Counted from the first letter of the stretch, positions 51,238 to 60,188 are shown. The stretch is 64,000 nucleotides of DNA from Pontiella sp. (GCA_050290185.1 JBNKHE010000004.1:192001-256000), one strand, 5' to 3'. Translations and numbers: made by a program. The notes: generated by a model not told the origin, from the sequence alone.

Positions 51238-51239
51238 CT

Positions 51240-51267
51240 GCCTAACACGGTAATTCGTGCGTTAGGT
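51240..51267 (+). other. attI-like / relic recombination site
   Basis: GCCTAACACGGTAATTCGTGCGTTAGGT with a GTTRRRY core at 51261, at the composition boundary. Confidence 0.45.
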
Positions 51268-51317
51268 GGACTTTCTCTACCTAATTAACTGTTTATTTCA
51301 AAAAAAAGGATAAATCT

Positions 51318-53318
51318 ATGTCCAATAACACAAAGAATATAAAAATTAGCATTAAATACTGTTTAGCAATTACAATTCTAATGGTCTGCAGCTCAGCCAA
51401 CGCGTACCAACAAATCTTTGTAGATAGAGATGGATCAGATACAAATAGTGGCTTGAGTGCTGACTCTCCGCTTCGAACATTCACTCAAGCAGTAACTAAT
51501 GCTAATTATGCGGTGTCAAATGATCACCCTGATGGTGTCGAAATTATTTTAGGACCAGGAAAATTTGATGAGACCACTCATAGTAAAACCAACACTTCGT
51601 GCGTAATCTGGAGACTAGCCAATAATGTTTCTGTCACGGGAGCAGGTTCTGGCAAGGGCACAAATTCAACACAAATTATAAATAACATCGTTCCAGATGG
51701 TTATTATTATTACATACTCCTATTGGAACCCGGAAATAATTCTAGAATTCAAGATCTCTCTATTATCAGCCATCCTCAAGAAATGATCAAAGGCGGAGTT
51801 ATCTGCATAGGATCATTTAGAGGCTGGCTATCTCAATTTCCCACATTATCTGAGGACCGTGTTTGTTTGCTTAAAAACATCTACATGGAATCGAATGATG
51901 CCGGAATTGGTATTGCTGGATATTATCCAGATCCCTACAGCTTAACATTCAATTGTTTTGATATGGATATCAATGTCGGAACTGATGGCGTTATTACCAC
52001 ATACCGTGATAACACCCGTATAAACTTGTTTAATTCGAGTGTGAAGGTGACAAGTTGGACTAACTCCATTCACGACCCACGAACTATTGGCTTAACAGCT
52101 ATTAATTCAAGTGCTGAAATATTTGCTTATAATACTTCTATTTGGGCAATTGATGATGCCCCCGACAATGGAGCAACGTATGCCGACAGTTACTGTGTCG
52201 CGGCCTTTGATGAAGGAGTAGTTCGCACTCATAACTGCAATTTCTATAAAAGCTCAGCAACCAATGCTGTTCAGAATTCTTCTCACCTTCATACTGATCA
52301 CACAATTAGCGCCGAGTATTATACAAATGGTATAATTGAACATTCCCTTAGTCGTTTCTTTATAGGAGATACAAATTTTAATATCGTTGCTTCTAATATT
52401 CATCCTGTAGTGCGAGGCTCTAATGATTATGAAGTAGTTAATCTTTACATTGACAAAGCAGCTGCCGGAAATATGACTGGAGTCGACTGGAATAATGCAT
52501 ATACAGATATTTATGATGCATTATCAAAGGTTGAGACTGGAGATTATACCCATGGAGCAAATTTGATCTTTGCGGGTGGTGATACACATACAGTTACCAA
52601 TGTGCTTAATCTTCCTTACGGAGTGTCCCTGATCGGTACTAACCCAACAAATTTAACAACAATATCGAATACCACTCCTACGTCCTGGACCTATCAGTTT
52701 TTGACACAATCCTCCAACTTCACAGTTCTTGCAAATCTAGATCTTCAAACTACAGGGTTGGGAAATCTTCTTATCGGAGGAGCAAACACCAATCAAGCTG
52801 CTACTGTAATTGATAATTGCCTAATGAGCTCTGACGACACAACAATTGGCTACATTGATGGTTATAAGCATGGCTCTATACTCTCCATTTTTAATTCGGG
52901 CATAATCAGTTCACTGAATGGCATCGCAACTTATGCTGAGCATTTAAATATTGTTTCACAGAACACTTACATTGCCGCAGAGGGTAACCATCCGAGTTAT
53001 CCAGGATATTCGTGCGGAGTTTATGCATCACATGCCCGAATTCACTTTTATGGCACGTCCTCAAGCAATTCAACTATTGCAACCGCAAATACTCAAAAAA
53101 ACACTCTCTATCCTTACAATGGGCCAGTCTTCTCGGATAATGCTCGGATCTATCTTGAGAACTACCACTTAGATACTTCTGAAATGAAGGATATTACTAA
53201 CTATACGATGAGAGCCGTTGGATTAACGGGTCATATACTTTATCGCAATTTAGACTTCTCACCCTCGATTACAACAAATGCATCATCGAGTATAACGGAA
53301 TTGGTTGATTTCGACTAA
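51318..53318 (+). CDS. Cassette ORF: secreted protein with two putative beta-helix modules
   Basis: Signal peptide; IFVDRDGSDTNSG..PLRTFTQAV and YIDKAAAG..GVDWNNAYTDIYDAL caps; Asn/Ser/Thr rich. Confidence 0.6.
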   Translation: MSNNTKNIKISIKYCLAITILMVCSSANAYQQIFVDRDGSDTNSGLSADSPLRTFTQAVTNANYAVSNDHPDGVEIILGPGKFDETTHSKTNTSCVIWRLANNVSVTGAGSGKGTNSTQIINNIVPDGYYYYILLLEPGNNSRIQDLSIISHPQEMIKGGVICIGSFRGWLSQFPTLSEDRVCLLKNIYMESNDAGIGIAGYYPDPYSLTFNCFDMDINVGTDGVITTYRDNTRINLFNSSVKVTSWTNSIHDPRTIGLTAINSSAEIFAYNTSIWAIDDAPDNGATYADSYCVAAFDEGVVRTHNCNFYKSSATNAVQNSSHLHTDHTISAEYYTNGIIEHSLSRFFIGDTNFNIVASNIHPVVRGSNDYEVVNLYIDKAAAGNMTGVDWNNAYTDIYDALSKVETGDYTHGANLIFAGGDTHTVTNVLNLPYGVSLIGTNPTNLTTISNTTPTSWTYQFLTQSSNFTVLANLDLQTTGLGNLLIGGANTNQAATVIDNCLMSSDDTTIGYIDGYKHGSILSIFNSGIISSLNGIATYAEHLNIVSQNTYIAAEGNHPSYPGYSCGVYASHARIHFYGTSSSNSTIATANTQKNTLYPYNGPVFSDNARIYLENYHLDTSEMKDITNYTMRAVGLTGHILYRNLDFSPSITTNASSSITELVDFD

Positions 53319-53360
53319 AAGCCGCAATCACACATCCAAAAAAATAGGAATAAATAGCAA

Positions 53361-53448
53361 GTCGAACCAGCTCATAGACCCTACTTGGACGACGCCCATC
53401 GATTCGGTCAAAGCCTGATTCCCAAGCGGATCATGAGTAACGTTGTGC
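53361..53448 (+). repeat. attC, family B
   Basis: GTCGAAC CAGCTCATAGACC..CTTGG..CCAAG..GATCATGAG TAAC GTTGTGC. Confidence 0.85.
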
Positions 53449-53554
53449 ACAGATAATTTATCGGAGATAAATAACGAGTGAAAAGAGAGGTTCAAACCGC
53501 ACAATCTATAGTGTCAAACGTTTATGCCCGCTCAGGTCACACGTAACGTTGGAA
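53445..53554 (+). repeat. Orphan 3' portion of a long family-A attC
   Basis: CAGATAATTTATCGGAGATAAATAACGAG...CAGGTCACACGTAACGTTGGAA without a 5' arm. Confidence 0.85.
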
Positions 53555-53570
53555 ATTAAAAGGAGAACAG

Positions 53571-54200
53571 ATGAAAAAATTATTGATAGGACTATCGGCT
53601 ATAGCGGCATCCACAGCTCTTGCATCCACAGTTGTACCCACAGAGCCTAAGGCCCAAGGAAAGAAACTGGCGGTACAGATAGTTAAAGTTGATTCAACCA
53701 AACATTACGACATGACATCTCCCGAATATCCCGACATTCTTCTAGCCCCAGATAAATTGCTAAGTGATGAATCCAATACGATAACACAATATCCAGTGTT
53801 ATATGGAGAACCTGGAACATCAGTTACAAATGATCAAACTGAAGCGATTAGCTATGTTGATGGCTATTCCATTGTTGAGGGAAAGGTAGTTCCTGAAGAA
53901 CACGTCCATAAGATTGGATTATTTATTTCTGCGGATATCTCCGAACTTAAAGGCAACGCAGTCAAACTAAACCTTAACATTCAAAATGAGCAGTTTTTTG
54001 GATATGACGAACAAACTGTGGACGGTAATCAGAAAGTGAAACTAGCCTTCTTCAACAGCCAAAGCCACAATACACCGATAACGTTGGCAATAGGAAACTG
54101 GCTAGTGCTCGGTGGCATATTGAATGAGACAACCAGTTCAAGTGCTATCTCACACACTTCTGTCTATCTGGTTCGCGTCATAGACCCATTGCAGGAATAA
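53571..54200 (+). CDS. Cassette ORF: secreted protein, possibly resembling a secretin C-terminal domain
   Basis: Signal peptide; KIGLFISAD, NTPITLAIGNWLVLGGIL, YLVRVID. Confidence 0.5.
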   Translation: MKKLLIGLSAIAASTALASTVVPTEPKAQGKKLAVQIVKVDSTKHYDMTSPEYPDILLAPDKLLSDESNTITQYPVLYGEPGTSVTNDQTEAISYVDGYSIVEGKVVPEEHVHKIGLFISADISELKGNAVKLNLNIQNEQFFGYDEQTVDGNQKVKLAFFNSQSHNTPITLAIGNWLVLGGILNETTSSSAISHTSVYLVRVIDPLQE

Positions 54201-54205
54201 AATAT

Positions 54206-54354
54206 TTCCAGCCAGCGCGTGGGGACCCTACGCGGCCGAAAGCGAAGCGACAGATAATTTATGAAAGAAATAACGAGAGAAACGAGTGGTTCAAAACGCA
54301 GAATTTTCATGCCTAACGCATAAGTCCCGCGCAGGTCACACGTAACCGTTCGGC
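54206..54354 (+). repeat. attC, long family A (R'' AAC>AGC)
   Basis: TTCCAGC CAGCGCGTGGGGACC...GGTCACACGTAACC GTTCGGC. Confidence 0.88.
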
Positions 54355-54365
54355 ATAAGGAAACA

Positions 54366-54713
54366 ATGAAAATACTATCCATCGTAACAATAAGTTCTCT
54401 TTTTCTTTTTGGATGCAATCCATCCTCTCAAAACAGCAAATGCATAAAGAAGATAGAGGTTAGCTCTGTCACTATTGTTGATCCAACCATTCCTACGGGC
54501 GTATCTGGGTCAACCAATACAAAAGGAGGACTATCCGAGGAAAGAGAATCTCCATACAAAACCTATTATAAAACTGACTTCAGTCACATTTACATCGAGT
54601 CAGATGAGGAATGGTTAAGAATAACCCGAGTATTCAAAAAATCCGGAGTAAAAGAAACAACGGTCGATTATTATAAGCCAGATTCGGTGATAAAATTTAC
54701 GACTAAAGATTAA
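54366..54713 (+). CDS. Cassette ORF: hypothetical lipoprotein
   Basis: Lipobox LFGC; AAGGA RBS. Confidence 0.7.
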   Translation: MKILSIVTISSLFLFGCNPSSQNSKCIKKIEVSSVTIVDPTIPTGVSGSTNTKGGLSEERESPYKTYYKTDFSHIYIESDEEWLRITRVFKKSGVKETTVDYYKPDSVIKFTTKD

Positions 54714-54722
54714 ACATAATGA

Positions 54723-54812
54723 GCCGAACCAGCGCGTGGACCTTACGCGGTAAAACGCACAGTTTTCATGCCCAACGCATAAGTCCCGCGCAGGTCACAC
54801 GTAACGTTCTTG
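54723..54812 (+). repeat. attC, short family A
   Basis: GCCGAAC CAGCGCGTGGACCTTACGCGGTAAAACGCAC...GGTCACACGTAAC GTTCTTG. Confidence 0.92.
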
Positions 54813-54829
54813 CGGACGCTGCGCTTGCC

Positions 54830-54924
54830 GCAGAACCAGGCCGCTGCACCAACATTCCGGCTGGCCGTCCGCAGGCTCCGCCTGCTACCGTCCACCCGGA
54901 AAGTTGGTGAGCGCCGCATTAGAA
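54830..54924 (+). repeat. attC of the ORF-less cassette (unrelated family; R' GTT>ATT)
   Basis: GCAGAAC CAGGC CGCTGCACCAACATTCCGG...CCGGAAAGTTGGTGAGCG CCGC ATTAGAA. Confidence 0.85.
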
Positions 54925-54935
54925 ACGGAGATAAT

Positions 54936-55439
54936 ATGACGGAAGAAACAAAACAGAAGTTTATAGATCATCCTGCACCCAGCATCGGCTTGTTTACGCT
55001 TCTCGTTGTAATTATCTGCTTTCTGATTACCGTAATCCCAATGGCAATATCGGACATGCCCAAAGAAGAGCTTGGTTCACCTTCCGCAATCGGAATTTAT
55101 GCTGTCCTTGGCTTTGCGATTGCCATCCTGTGTTTCTACCTGTGGCCACTCTACACCACATATTACATCGTTGATGATAATGGCATAACGATAAAATATG
55201 GTCCATGGACACGTGTATCCCAATGGAATGAATTCAAAATGGTATATTGGCAAAAGGGGATGTTTGTCTCAAAGATCGGGGTGCCTTCTATCACCCCATG
55301 TGTACGCCTCTCAAATGGTCTTGTCCTTCCAAGGAAACACAAGACATGGGGACTATACATTACCCCAAATGATCCGGAAGCATTCATCCGTAAGATCGAG
55401 TTGTTTGCTCCAGAATTAACCAAAGAGATGATAAAATAG
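54936..55439 (+). CDS. Cassette ORF: membrane protein with bacterial PH-like domain
   Basis: Two TM segments then TTYYIVDDNGITIKYGPW...YITPNDPEAF; GGAG RBS. Confidence 0.7.
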   Translation: MTEETKQKFIDHPAPSIGLFTLLVVIICFLITVIPMAISDMPKEELGSPSAIGIYAVLGFAIAILCFYLWPLYTTYYIVDDNGITIKYGPWTRVSQWNEFKMVYWQKGMFVSKIGVPSITPCVRLSNGLVLPRKHKTWGLYITPNDPEAFIRKIELFAPELTKEMIK

Positions 55440-55442
55440 GAT

Positions 55443-55590
55443 TTCTAACCAGCGCGTGGACCTTACGGGACCGCATGCGCATCGCAGATAATTTATCGGA
55501 GATAAATAACGAGTGAAACGAGAGGTTCAAACCGCACAGTTTTCATGCCTGACGTTGGTAGTCCCGCGCAGGTCACACATAACGTTGGAT
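55443..55590 (+). repeat. attC, long family A
   Basis: TTCTAAC...GGTCACACATAAC GTTGGAT. Confidence 0.92.
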
Positions 55591-55612
55591 GCAGAAAACA
55601 AGGAGAGTAAAG

Positions 55613-56041
55613 ATGGAAGACAAAGTTTCAGAAGAGCAAGAATTTCATGCAGGGCAAGCATCAACTCCGGCTGTAGAGGTTGCGCCCACACCCGAATCGT
55701 CGCCGATTGCTGGATTTACTAATGAGCAAAGAACGCTTGCGCTCTGCGCATATCTGATCCCGTTAGTAACCAGTTCAAACTTCATTGCTCCCCTCATTAT
55801 CTGGCTGTTAAAAAAAGGTGAAGACTCATACGTCGAAAATCATGCCAAGGAATCGCTCAACTTTCAGATTACGTTTGTGATCTTTGTCTTCGTTGCATGG
55901 CTGAGCATCTTTTTATTAATAGGTGCACTTTTGTTCCCTGCAGTCATAATCACTTATATAGTTTTTGGCATCATTGCCTGCGTCAAAGCGTACAAGGGTG
56001 AAGAATACAGAATCCCACTCTGCATCCGCTTCATCAAATAG
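55613..56041 (+). CDS. Cassette ORF: DUF4870-like membrane protein
   Basis: PLIIWLLKK, HAKESLNFQIT, KAYKGEEYRIPL. Confidence 0.85.
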   Translation: MEDKVSEEQEFHAGQASTPAVEVAPTPESSPIAGFTNEQRTLALCAYLIPLVTSSNFIAPLIIWLLKKGEDSYVENHAKESLNFQITFVIFVFVAWLSIFLLIGALLFPAVIITYIVFGIIACVKAYKGEEYRIPLCIRFIK

Positions 56042-56083
56042 TCAAAAAATACCATAAGAAGACCTCTTCAGATAAATAAGGAC

Positions 56084-56229
56084 ATCCAACCAGCGCGTGG
56101 ACCTTACGCGGCCGCACGCGCAGCGCAGATAATTTATCGGAGATAAATAATGAGTGAAACGAGAGGCTCAAAACGCACAATCTATCGTGCCAAACGTTTA
56201 TTTCGCGCAGGTCACACGTAGCGTTGGCT
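56084..56229 (+). repeat. attC, long family A
   Basis: ATCCAAC...GGTCACACGTAGC GTTGGCT. Confidence 0.92.
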
Positions 56230-56256
56230 TTCATAAAATCCTAAAAGGAGCAAGCA

Positions 56257-56511
56257 ATGGAAATTGAACAAATTATTATCACATTAGTTATAGGTGGTGT
56301 TGCGGGCTGGCTAGCTGGAATTCTCTTCAAGGGAGGGGGATTCGGCCTCGTTGGAAATATAATTGTAGGGTTGCTTGGAGCCGTGTTAGGAGGATGGTTA
56401 TTTAGAGTTCTTAATATTTCAGTTGGTGGTGAATGGGTAGGCCCAATTGTTACATCGACGATAGGAGCAATCGTTCTCCTCTTTGCGATAAGCTTCGTGA
56501 AAAGGAAATAG
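56257..56511 (+). CDS. Cassette ORF: GlsB/YeaQ/YmgE (transglycosylase-associated) protein
   Basis: IGGVAGWLAG..GLVGNIIVGLLGAVLGG..IGAIVLL. Confidence 0.88.
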   Translation: MEIEQIIITLVIGGVAGWLAGILFKGGGFGLVGNIIVGLLGAVLGGWLFRVLNISVGGEWVGPIVTSTIGAIVLLFAISFVKRK

Positions 56512-56599
56512 CCAACCAGCGCCTGAACCTTACGCGGTAAAACGCACAATTTTCATGCCTAACGCATATGTCCCGCGCAGGTTACACGTAACGTTCGGT
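56510..56599 (+). repeat. attC, short family A
   Basis: AGCCAAC...GGTTACACGTAAC GTTCGGT. Confidence 0.88.
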
Positions 56600-56609
56600 A
56601 AAAACATAA

Positions 56610-56936
56610 ATGAAGCAACCCATATCAACCTCTGAAACTCGACCCAAACGGAATCGACTGTTGTTTATGTCCACACTAGTTGCTCTTACTGGATTTTTTG
56701 GAATTCCTCTCACGTTCCAAATAATCGCCAAGGCAGACTTCTTCAGTATTCTTTTCTTTCTGCCATGCATTCCTCTGATGTTCAACCTAATCGGACTAGG
56801 CTTAGTTGCTTGCGATAAACTCAAGACAAAGGGACTCATTATTTACCTAATTCCATGCTTCATTCTATCATTTTTCGTAATAGCAGGCACAGCCGGCATG
56901 CTCCACTTCTTTATTGTGTATGAATCAATGCCCTAG
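56610..56936 (+). CDS. Cassette ORF: hypothetical membrane protein
   Basis: Three hydrophobic segments; fills the cassette. Confidence 0.65.
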   Translation: MKQPISTSETRPKRNRLLFMSTLVALTGFFGIPLTFQIIAKADFFSILFFLPCIPLMFNLIGLGLVACDKLKTKGLIIYLIPCFILSFFVIAGTAGMLHFFIVYESMP

Positions 56937-56969
56937 AAAGATGAACAAAACATCTCCAATAATAATGAA

Positions 56970-57064
56970 ACCGAACCAGGGCATGGACCCGACAGAGTCC
57001 GGCAGTTAATTTAACGGCAAAGAACCACTCCCCCCATTTTTGCGGGTCACGCCTAACATTAGAC
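56970..57064 (+). repeat. attC (R' GTT>ATT)
   Basis: ACCGAAC CAGGGCATGGACCCG...CGGGTCACGCC TAAC ATTAGAC. Confidence 0.85.
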
Positions 57065-57072
57065 AAAAATAG

Positions 57073-57630
57073 ATGATTAATCTCCGTCCATTCCAATCCT
57101 CAGACATTTCCTGTTTTAATGAGTTCTCAGGGGATGATTGGACGGTTTTTAATTGGTTGGATGAGATCGGGCGGCCGATTATAAAGGAAAAGTTTTTGAA
57201 AGATCTAGAGAACCCTGAGTTGCATTCTTACATCGCGGTTGAATCGAACCAGCAAGAAGTCGTCGGGCATCTTCAAATAAAAGAAATGGAACCAGGAGTT
57301 GGTCGCTTTCACAGGTTTGTAGTAAGCAAAAAAGAGAAAAGAAGAAAAGGAATTGGAAGAGATATATTGTCCCAAGCGCTTAAAATCGCGTTCGAAGAAT
57401 TTGAGTTCGACCTGATGACTCTGGGAGTTTTTGATATTAATACTCCAGCAATCAGTTTCTGCGAATCTATGGGCTTTCAACCACACTCCTCAAAGTTGAT
57501 TGATTATCGCTTTAACGATAATCTCACCCACCCTTTGAATATGACGCTCCCGAAAGAAAATTGGGAGTCTAACAAGGCATGTGAGAGGAATGCCGAGATC
57601 GCTCCCGCTCCTCGCCATCTCTCCACTTGA
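57073..57630 (+). CDS. Cassette ORF: GNAT acetyltransferase (reads through its attC)
   Basis: RRKGIGR, LGVFDINTPAISFCESMGF. Confidence 0.85.
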   Translation: MINLRPFQSSDISCFNEFSGDDWTVFNWLDEIGRPIIKEKFLKDLENPELHSYIAVESNQQEVVGHLQIKEMEPGVGRFHRFVVSKKEKRRKGIGRDILSQALKIAFEEFEFDLMTLGVFDINTPAISFCESMGFQPHSSKLIDYRFNDNLTHPLNMTLPKENWESNKACERNAEIAPAPRHLST

Positions 57631-57638
57631 CGTTGGGC
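57567..57638 (+). repeat. attC (short, degenerate, unrelated family)
   Basis: GTCTAAC AAGGCATGTGAGAG...CTCTCCACTTGAC GTTGGGC. Confidence 0.75.
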
Positions 57639-57649
57639 AAAGAAAAAAT

Positions 57650-58255
57650 ATGTACATACCTGATAGATTTAAGATGAATGACAGGGAGGTAGTTAATACC
57701 TTCATTCGTAAGCATAATTTCGGACTGCTTGTCACAACCGACGGAAAAACCATCGATGAGACCTTAACACCCTTCCTAATTTCAGAAACCGAAGAGTGTC
57801 TGTACGGCCATATTGCACGGGCAAACCCGCAATGGACGAAATGGGATGACTCAACAATAGCCAAAGTGATGTTCACCGGCCCTCATTCTTATATTTCCCC
57901 AAAGTTTTATGAGTCTGAATTGAACGTACCGACGTGGAATTATACGGCGGTTTCAATCAGCGGAGAAATTAAGACCCAAAATAACAGGCCTGAAATTATT
58001 GAATTTCTAGATGCCTTGGTTACCCAACATGAAGCACCGGAAGCTCCATGGAATCTAGATAAAGATGATGAACGCTATATGAAGCTACTCGACGGGATCG
58101 TTGTCTTCAGACTCCAAATTAAGGATGTCGAAGCATCGTATAAATTAAACCAAAATAAGAAAGTAGAGGATCAGTTGAGTGTTATAGCGGCTCTGGAAAG
58201 TTCAGATAATCCAATTGATAACGAAGTTGCTAAAATGATGAAGCAGAACATATAA
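57650..58255 (+). CDS. Cassette ORF: PaiB-like FMN-binding regulator
   Basis: MYIP, GHIARANPQW, GPHSYISP, VPTWNY, KLNQNK. Confidence 0.9.
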   Translation: MYIPDRFKMNDREVVNTFIRKHNFGLLVTTDGKTIDETLTPFLISETEECLYGHIARANPQWTKWDDSTIAKVMFTGPHSYISPKFYESELNVPTWNYTAVSISGEIKTQNNRPEIIEFLDALVTQHEAPEAPWNLDKDDERYMKLLDGIVVFRLQIKDVEASYKLNQNKKVEDQLSVIAALESSDNPIDNEVAKMMKQNI

Positions 58256-58257
58256 TA

Positions 58258-58406
58258 GCTCAACCAGCGCGTGGAGCTTACGCAGCCGCACGCGTAGCGC
58301 AGATAATTTATCGGAGATAAATAACGAGTGAAACGAGCGGTTCAAAACGCACAATTTTCATGCCCACAACACAGAAGCCCCGCGCAGGTCACACGTAACG
58401 TTTCAG
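58258..58406 (+). repeat. attC, long family A
   Basis: GCTCAAC...GGTCACACGTAAC GTTTCAG. Confidence 0.92.
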
Positions 58407-58416
58407 GAGAGAAAAT

Positions 58417-58758
58417 ATGAACAAAATATGCATCTATGCTTCTTTGTTAATTCTACTGTTGAGCGGATGCACAACACCCGAAATACAAATAGAGAAAGCT
58501 TCAGCTTTATCCCAAGAAAAAATCGAAATTATGAGAGAGCAAGTTCAGGAAGATTTACAGCAATATCAAATGCAGCAGATCAGAGCTGGTCTGCCACCCC
58601 TCCCCATTCCTCTGACCGAAGAAAACATTGCTCGCATTCAATCTGAACTAAAAGCACATACAGAAAAACCAGAGGTTTATGTTGAGGCAAAAACAACCCC
58701 TGAACTACAAAAAATGATACACGACTCCATCGTTCGTGGAATGCAGCAAGCAGATTAA
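58417..58758 (+). CDS. Cassette ORF: hypothetical lipoprotein
   Basis: Lipobox LSGC; AGGAG RBS. Confidence 0.7.
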   Translation: MNKICIYASLLILLLSGCTTPEIQIEKASALSQEKIEIMREQVQEDLQQYQMQQIRAGLPPLPIPLTEENIARIQSELKAHTEKPEVYVEAKTTPELQKMIHDSIVRGMQQAD

Positions 58759-58764
58759 AAATTT

Positions 58765-58855
58765 TGCCAACCAGCGCGTGGACCTTACGAGGTAAAACGC
58801 ACAATCTGTCGTGCCAAACGTTTATGTCCCGCGCAGGTCACACGTAACGTTCTGA
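58765..58855 (+). repeat. attC, short family A
   Basis: TGCCAAC...GGTCACACGTAAC GTTCTGA. Confidence 0.9.
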
Positions 58856-59054
58856 CATATATTATTGATTTTTTTACAGCATGTGTATTTGCCTGATAAT
58901 AACAGTTTTTCTTAGAAATAAACATAGTTTCGATTCGGGTTTTGCAGATACCAACTCAATAGCTTAGCGAGCACAATATTTGCATCATAGACAGGCCAGC
59001 AAATATGTTTCCATTTAGGAAAATGCAGGTAAAACATTAGTATTAGGAGGTTTT

Positions 59055-59756
59055 GTGAAGAAATGTAAGTTCGTGGCGTTGTTGGCCTTCATGGCATTTG
59101 TGGGAATATCATCGGCTGATTTAGTAAGTATCACTGTCAGGGGGAAAGCTGACACAACTAAAATGGGATATTTATCTGGTCATAGTTACAGCTTTACTTG
59201 GGTTCTCAATGATACATATACCGGCAGTCCTTGGGATGAATATTCTGCTTCTAAAAATCAATGGTATGTTCAAGAATCCATTTACCCGGCACTGTGGGAC
59301 TCAGTTCACGGAAGCGGGTTATCTGGAACGTACGTCCGTCCCTCACCATGGAATGAGGACTACTTGTCTATAAATTCTCAACTTGATACGGATCAAGTAA
59401 ACTTAACCGCCGAAGCACCCGTTACCGACATCGGTCTTACCGTGAACGGCGTCAAAGTGGCATGGGTTGCGGCTATAAATCTTCGGTTTAGTGAATTTTC
59501 ATTTCCGGAGACATTCTCTAACCCTGCAAATTATATGACAGGATATTTAGGGACATATACACCGAGTGATGGATTTATGCGCGTCGGAGACATAAATGGT
59601 AACAACATCTACTTTACTGCGACCAGTGTAGAAGTAGTTCCGGAGCCGTCGAGCGCGTTGCTGCTGGTGGTCGGTTCTGGCGGCATCCTGCTCTATCGCC
59701 GCACGAGGGAACGTCATCAAACCGAGATTCCCTCCCGCCGACATTTCTTCCAGTAG
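59055..59756 (+). CDS. Cassette ORF: PEP-CTERM protein
   Basis: Signal peptide; VPEPSSALLLVVGSGGILLYRR; AGGAGG RBS. Confidence 0.88.
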   Translation: MKKCKFVALLAFMAFVGISSADLVSITVRGKADTTKMGYLSGHSYSFTWVLNDTYTGSPWDEYSASKNQWYVQESIYPALWDSVHGSGLSGTYVRPSPWNEDYLSINSQLDTDQVNLTAEAPVTDIGLTVNGVKVAWVAAINLRFSEFSFPETFSNPANYMTGYLGTYTPSDGFMRVGDINGNNIYFTATSVEVVPEPSSALLLVVGSGGILLYRRTRERHQTEIPSRRHFFQ

Positions 59757-59845
59757 TTCATGGAGGGCTGATCTTGTATTGTCCTTAGGTCGTAATAGAG
59801 CCGTGGGGGTTATTATACATTGTCATGACGAGCAGGGATAACGTT

Positions 59846-59856
59846 TCAGAACCAGC
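59846..59856 (+). repeat. Truncated attC (R'' and spacer only)
   Basis: TCAGAACCAGC, complementary to GTTCTGA at 58849; similarity then stops. Confidence 0.6.
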
Positions 59857-60040
59857 CAAACCATAAAGATGTCCTCTATCTCCCCCACTCCCTTCAATTC
59901 ACACCTAGTAAAATCTACTAAATAATCACCAATGGTGTATTTGATGACTCACAAAGAAATTGACTAAACTAATTGTATTTTATGGGGAGTAATGACTCAA
60001 ACTTGCTCGACCAAAGACGTTAGTCTGAAAAAACAAATGA

Positions 60041-60188
60041 ATCGAACCCGTGCGTGGACCTTACACGGCCTCACGCGCAGCGCAGATAATTGATCGGAGA
60101 TAAATAACGAGTGAAACGAGAGGCTCAAAACGCACAATCTATCGTACCAAACGCTTATTTCCCGCGCAGGTTAAACGTAACGTCCGAC
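60041..60188 (+). repeat. attC, long family A (degenerate, R' GTC)
   Basis: ATCGAAC CCGTGCGTGGACC...GGTTAAACGTAAC GTCCGAC. Confidence 0.85.

Noticed and set aside
54810..54935. N-terminal ORF extensions into attC (also 55589, 57581, 61864)
   Set aside because: They start inside attC sites; downstream ATGs sit just after the R' sites, most with an RBS.
56119..56150. dif/Xer-like look of GCGCAGATAA-TTTATC-GGAGATAAAT
   Set aside because: The right arm lacks the TTAT start of XerD boxes, and the hairpin explanation fits the variation better.
58968..58984. Functional sigma54 promoter for the PEP-CTERM cassette
   Set aside because: The invariant -24 GG is AG; kept only as a possible relic.
59857..60040. 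Gene between the truncated attC and the next attC
   Set aside because: No ORF in the track, and the plus-strand frames read by hand stop early; probably a cassette remnant.
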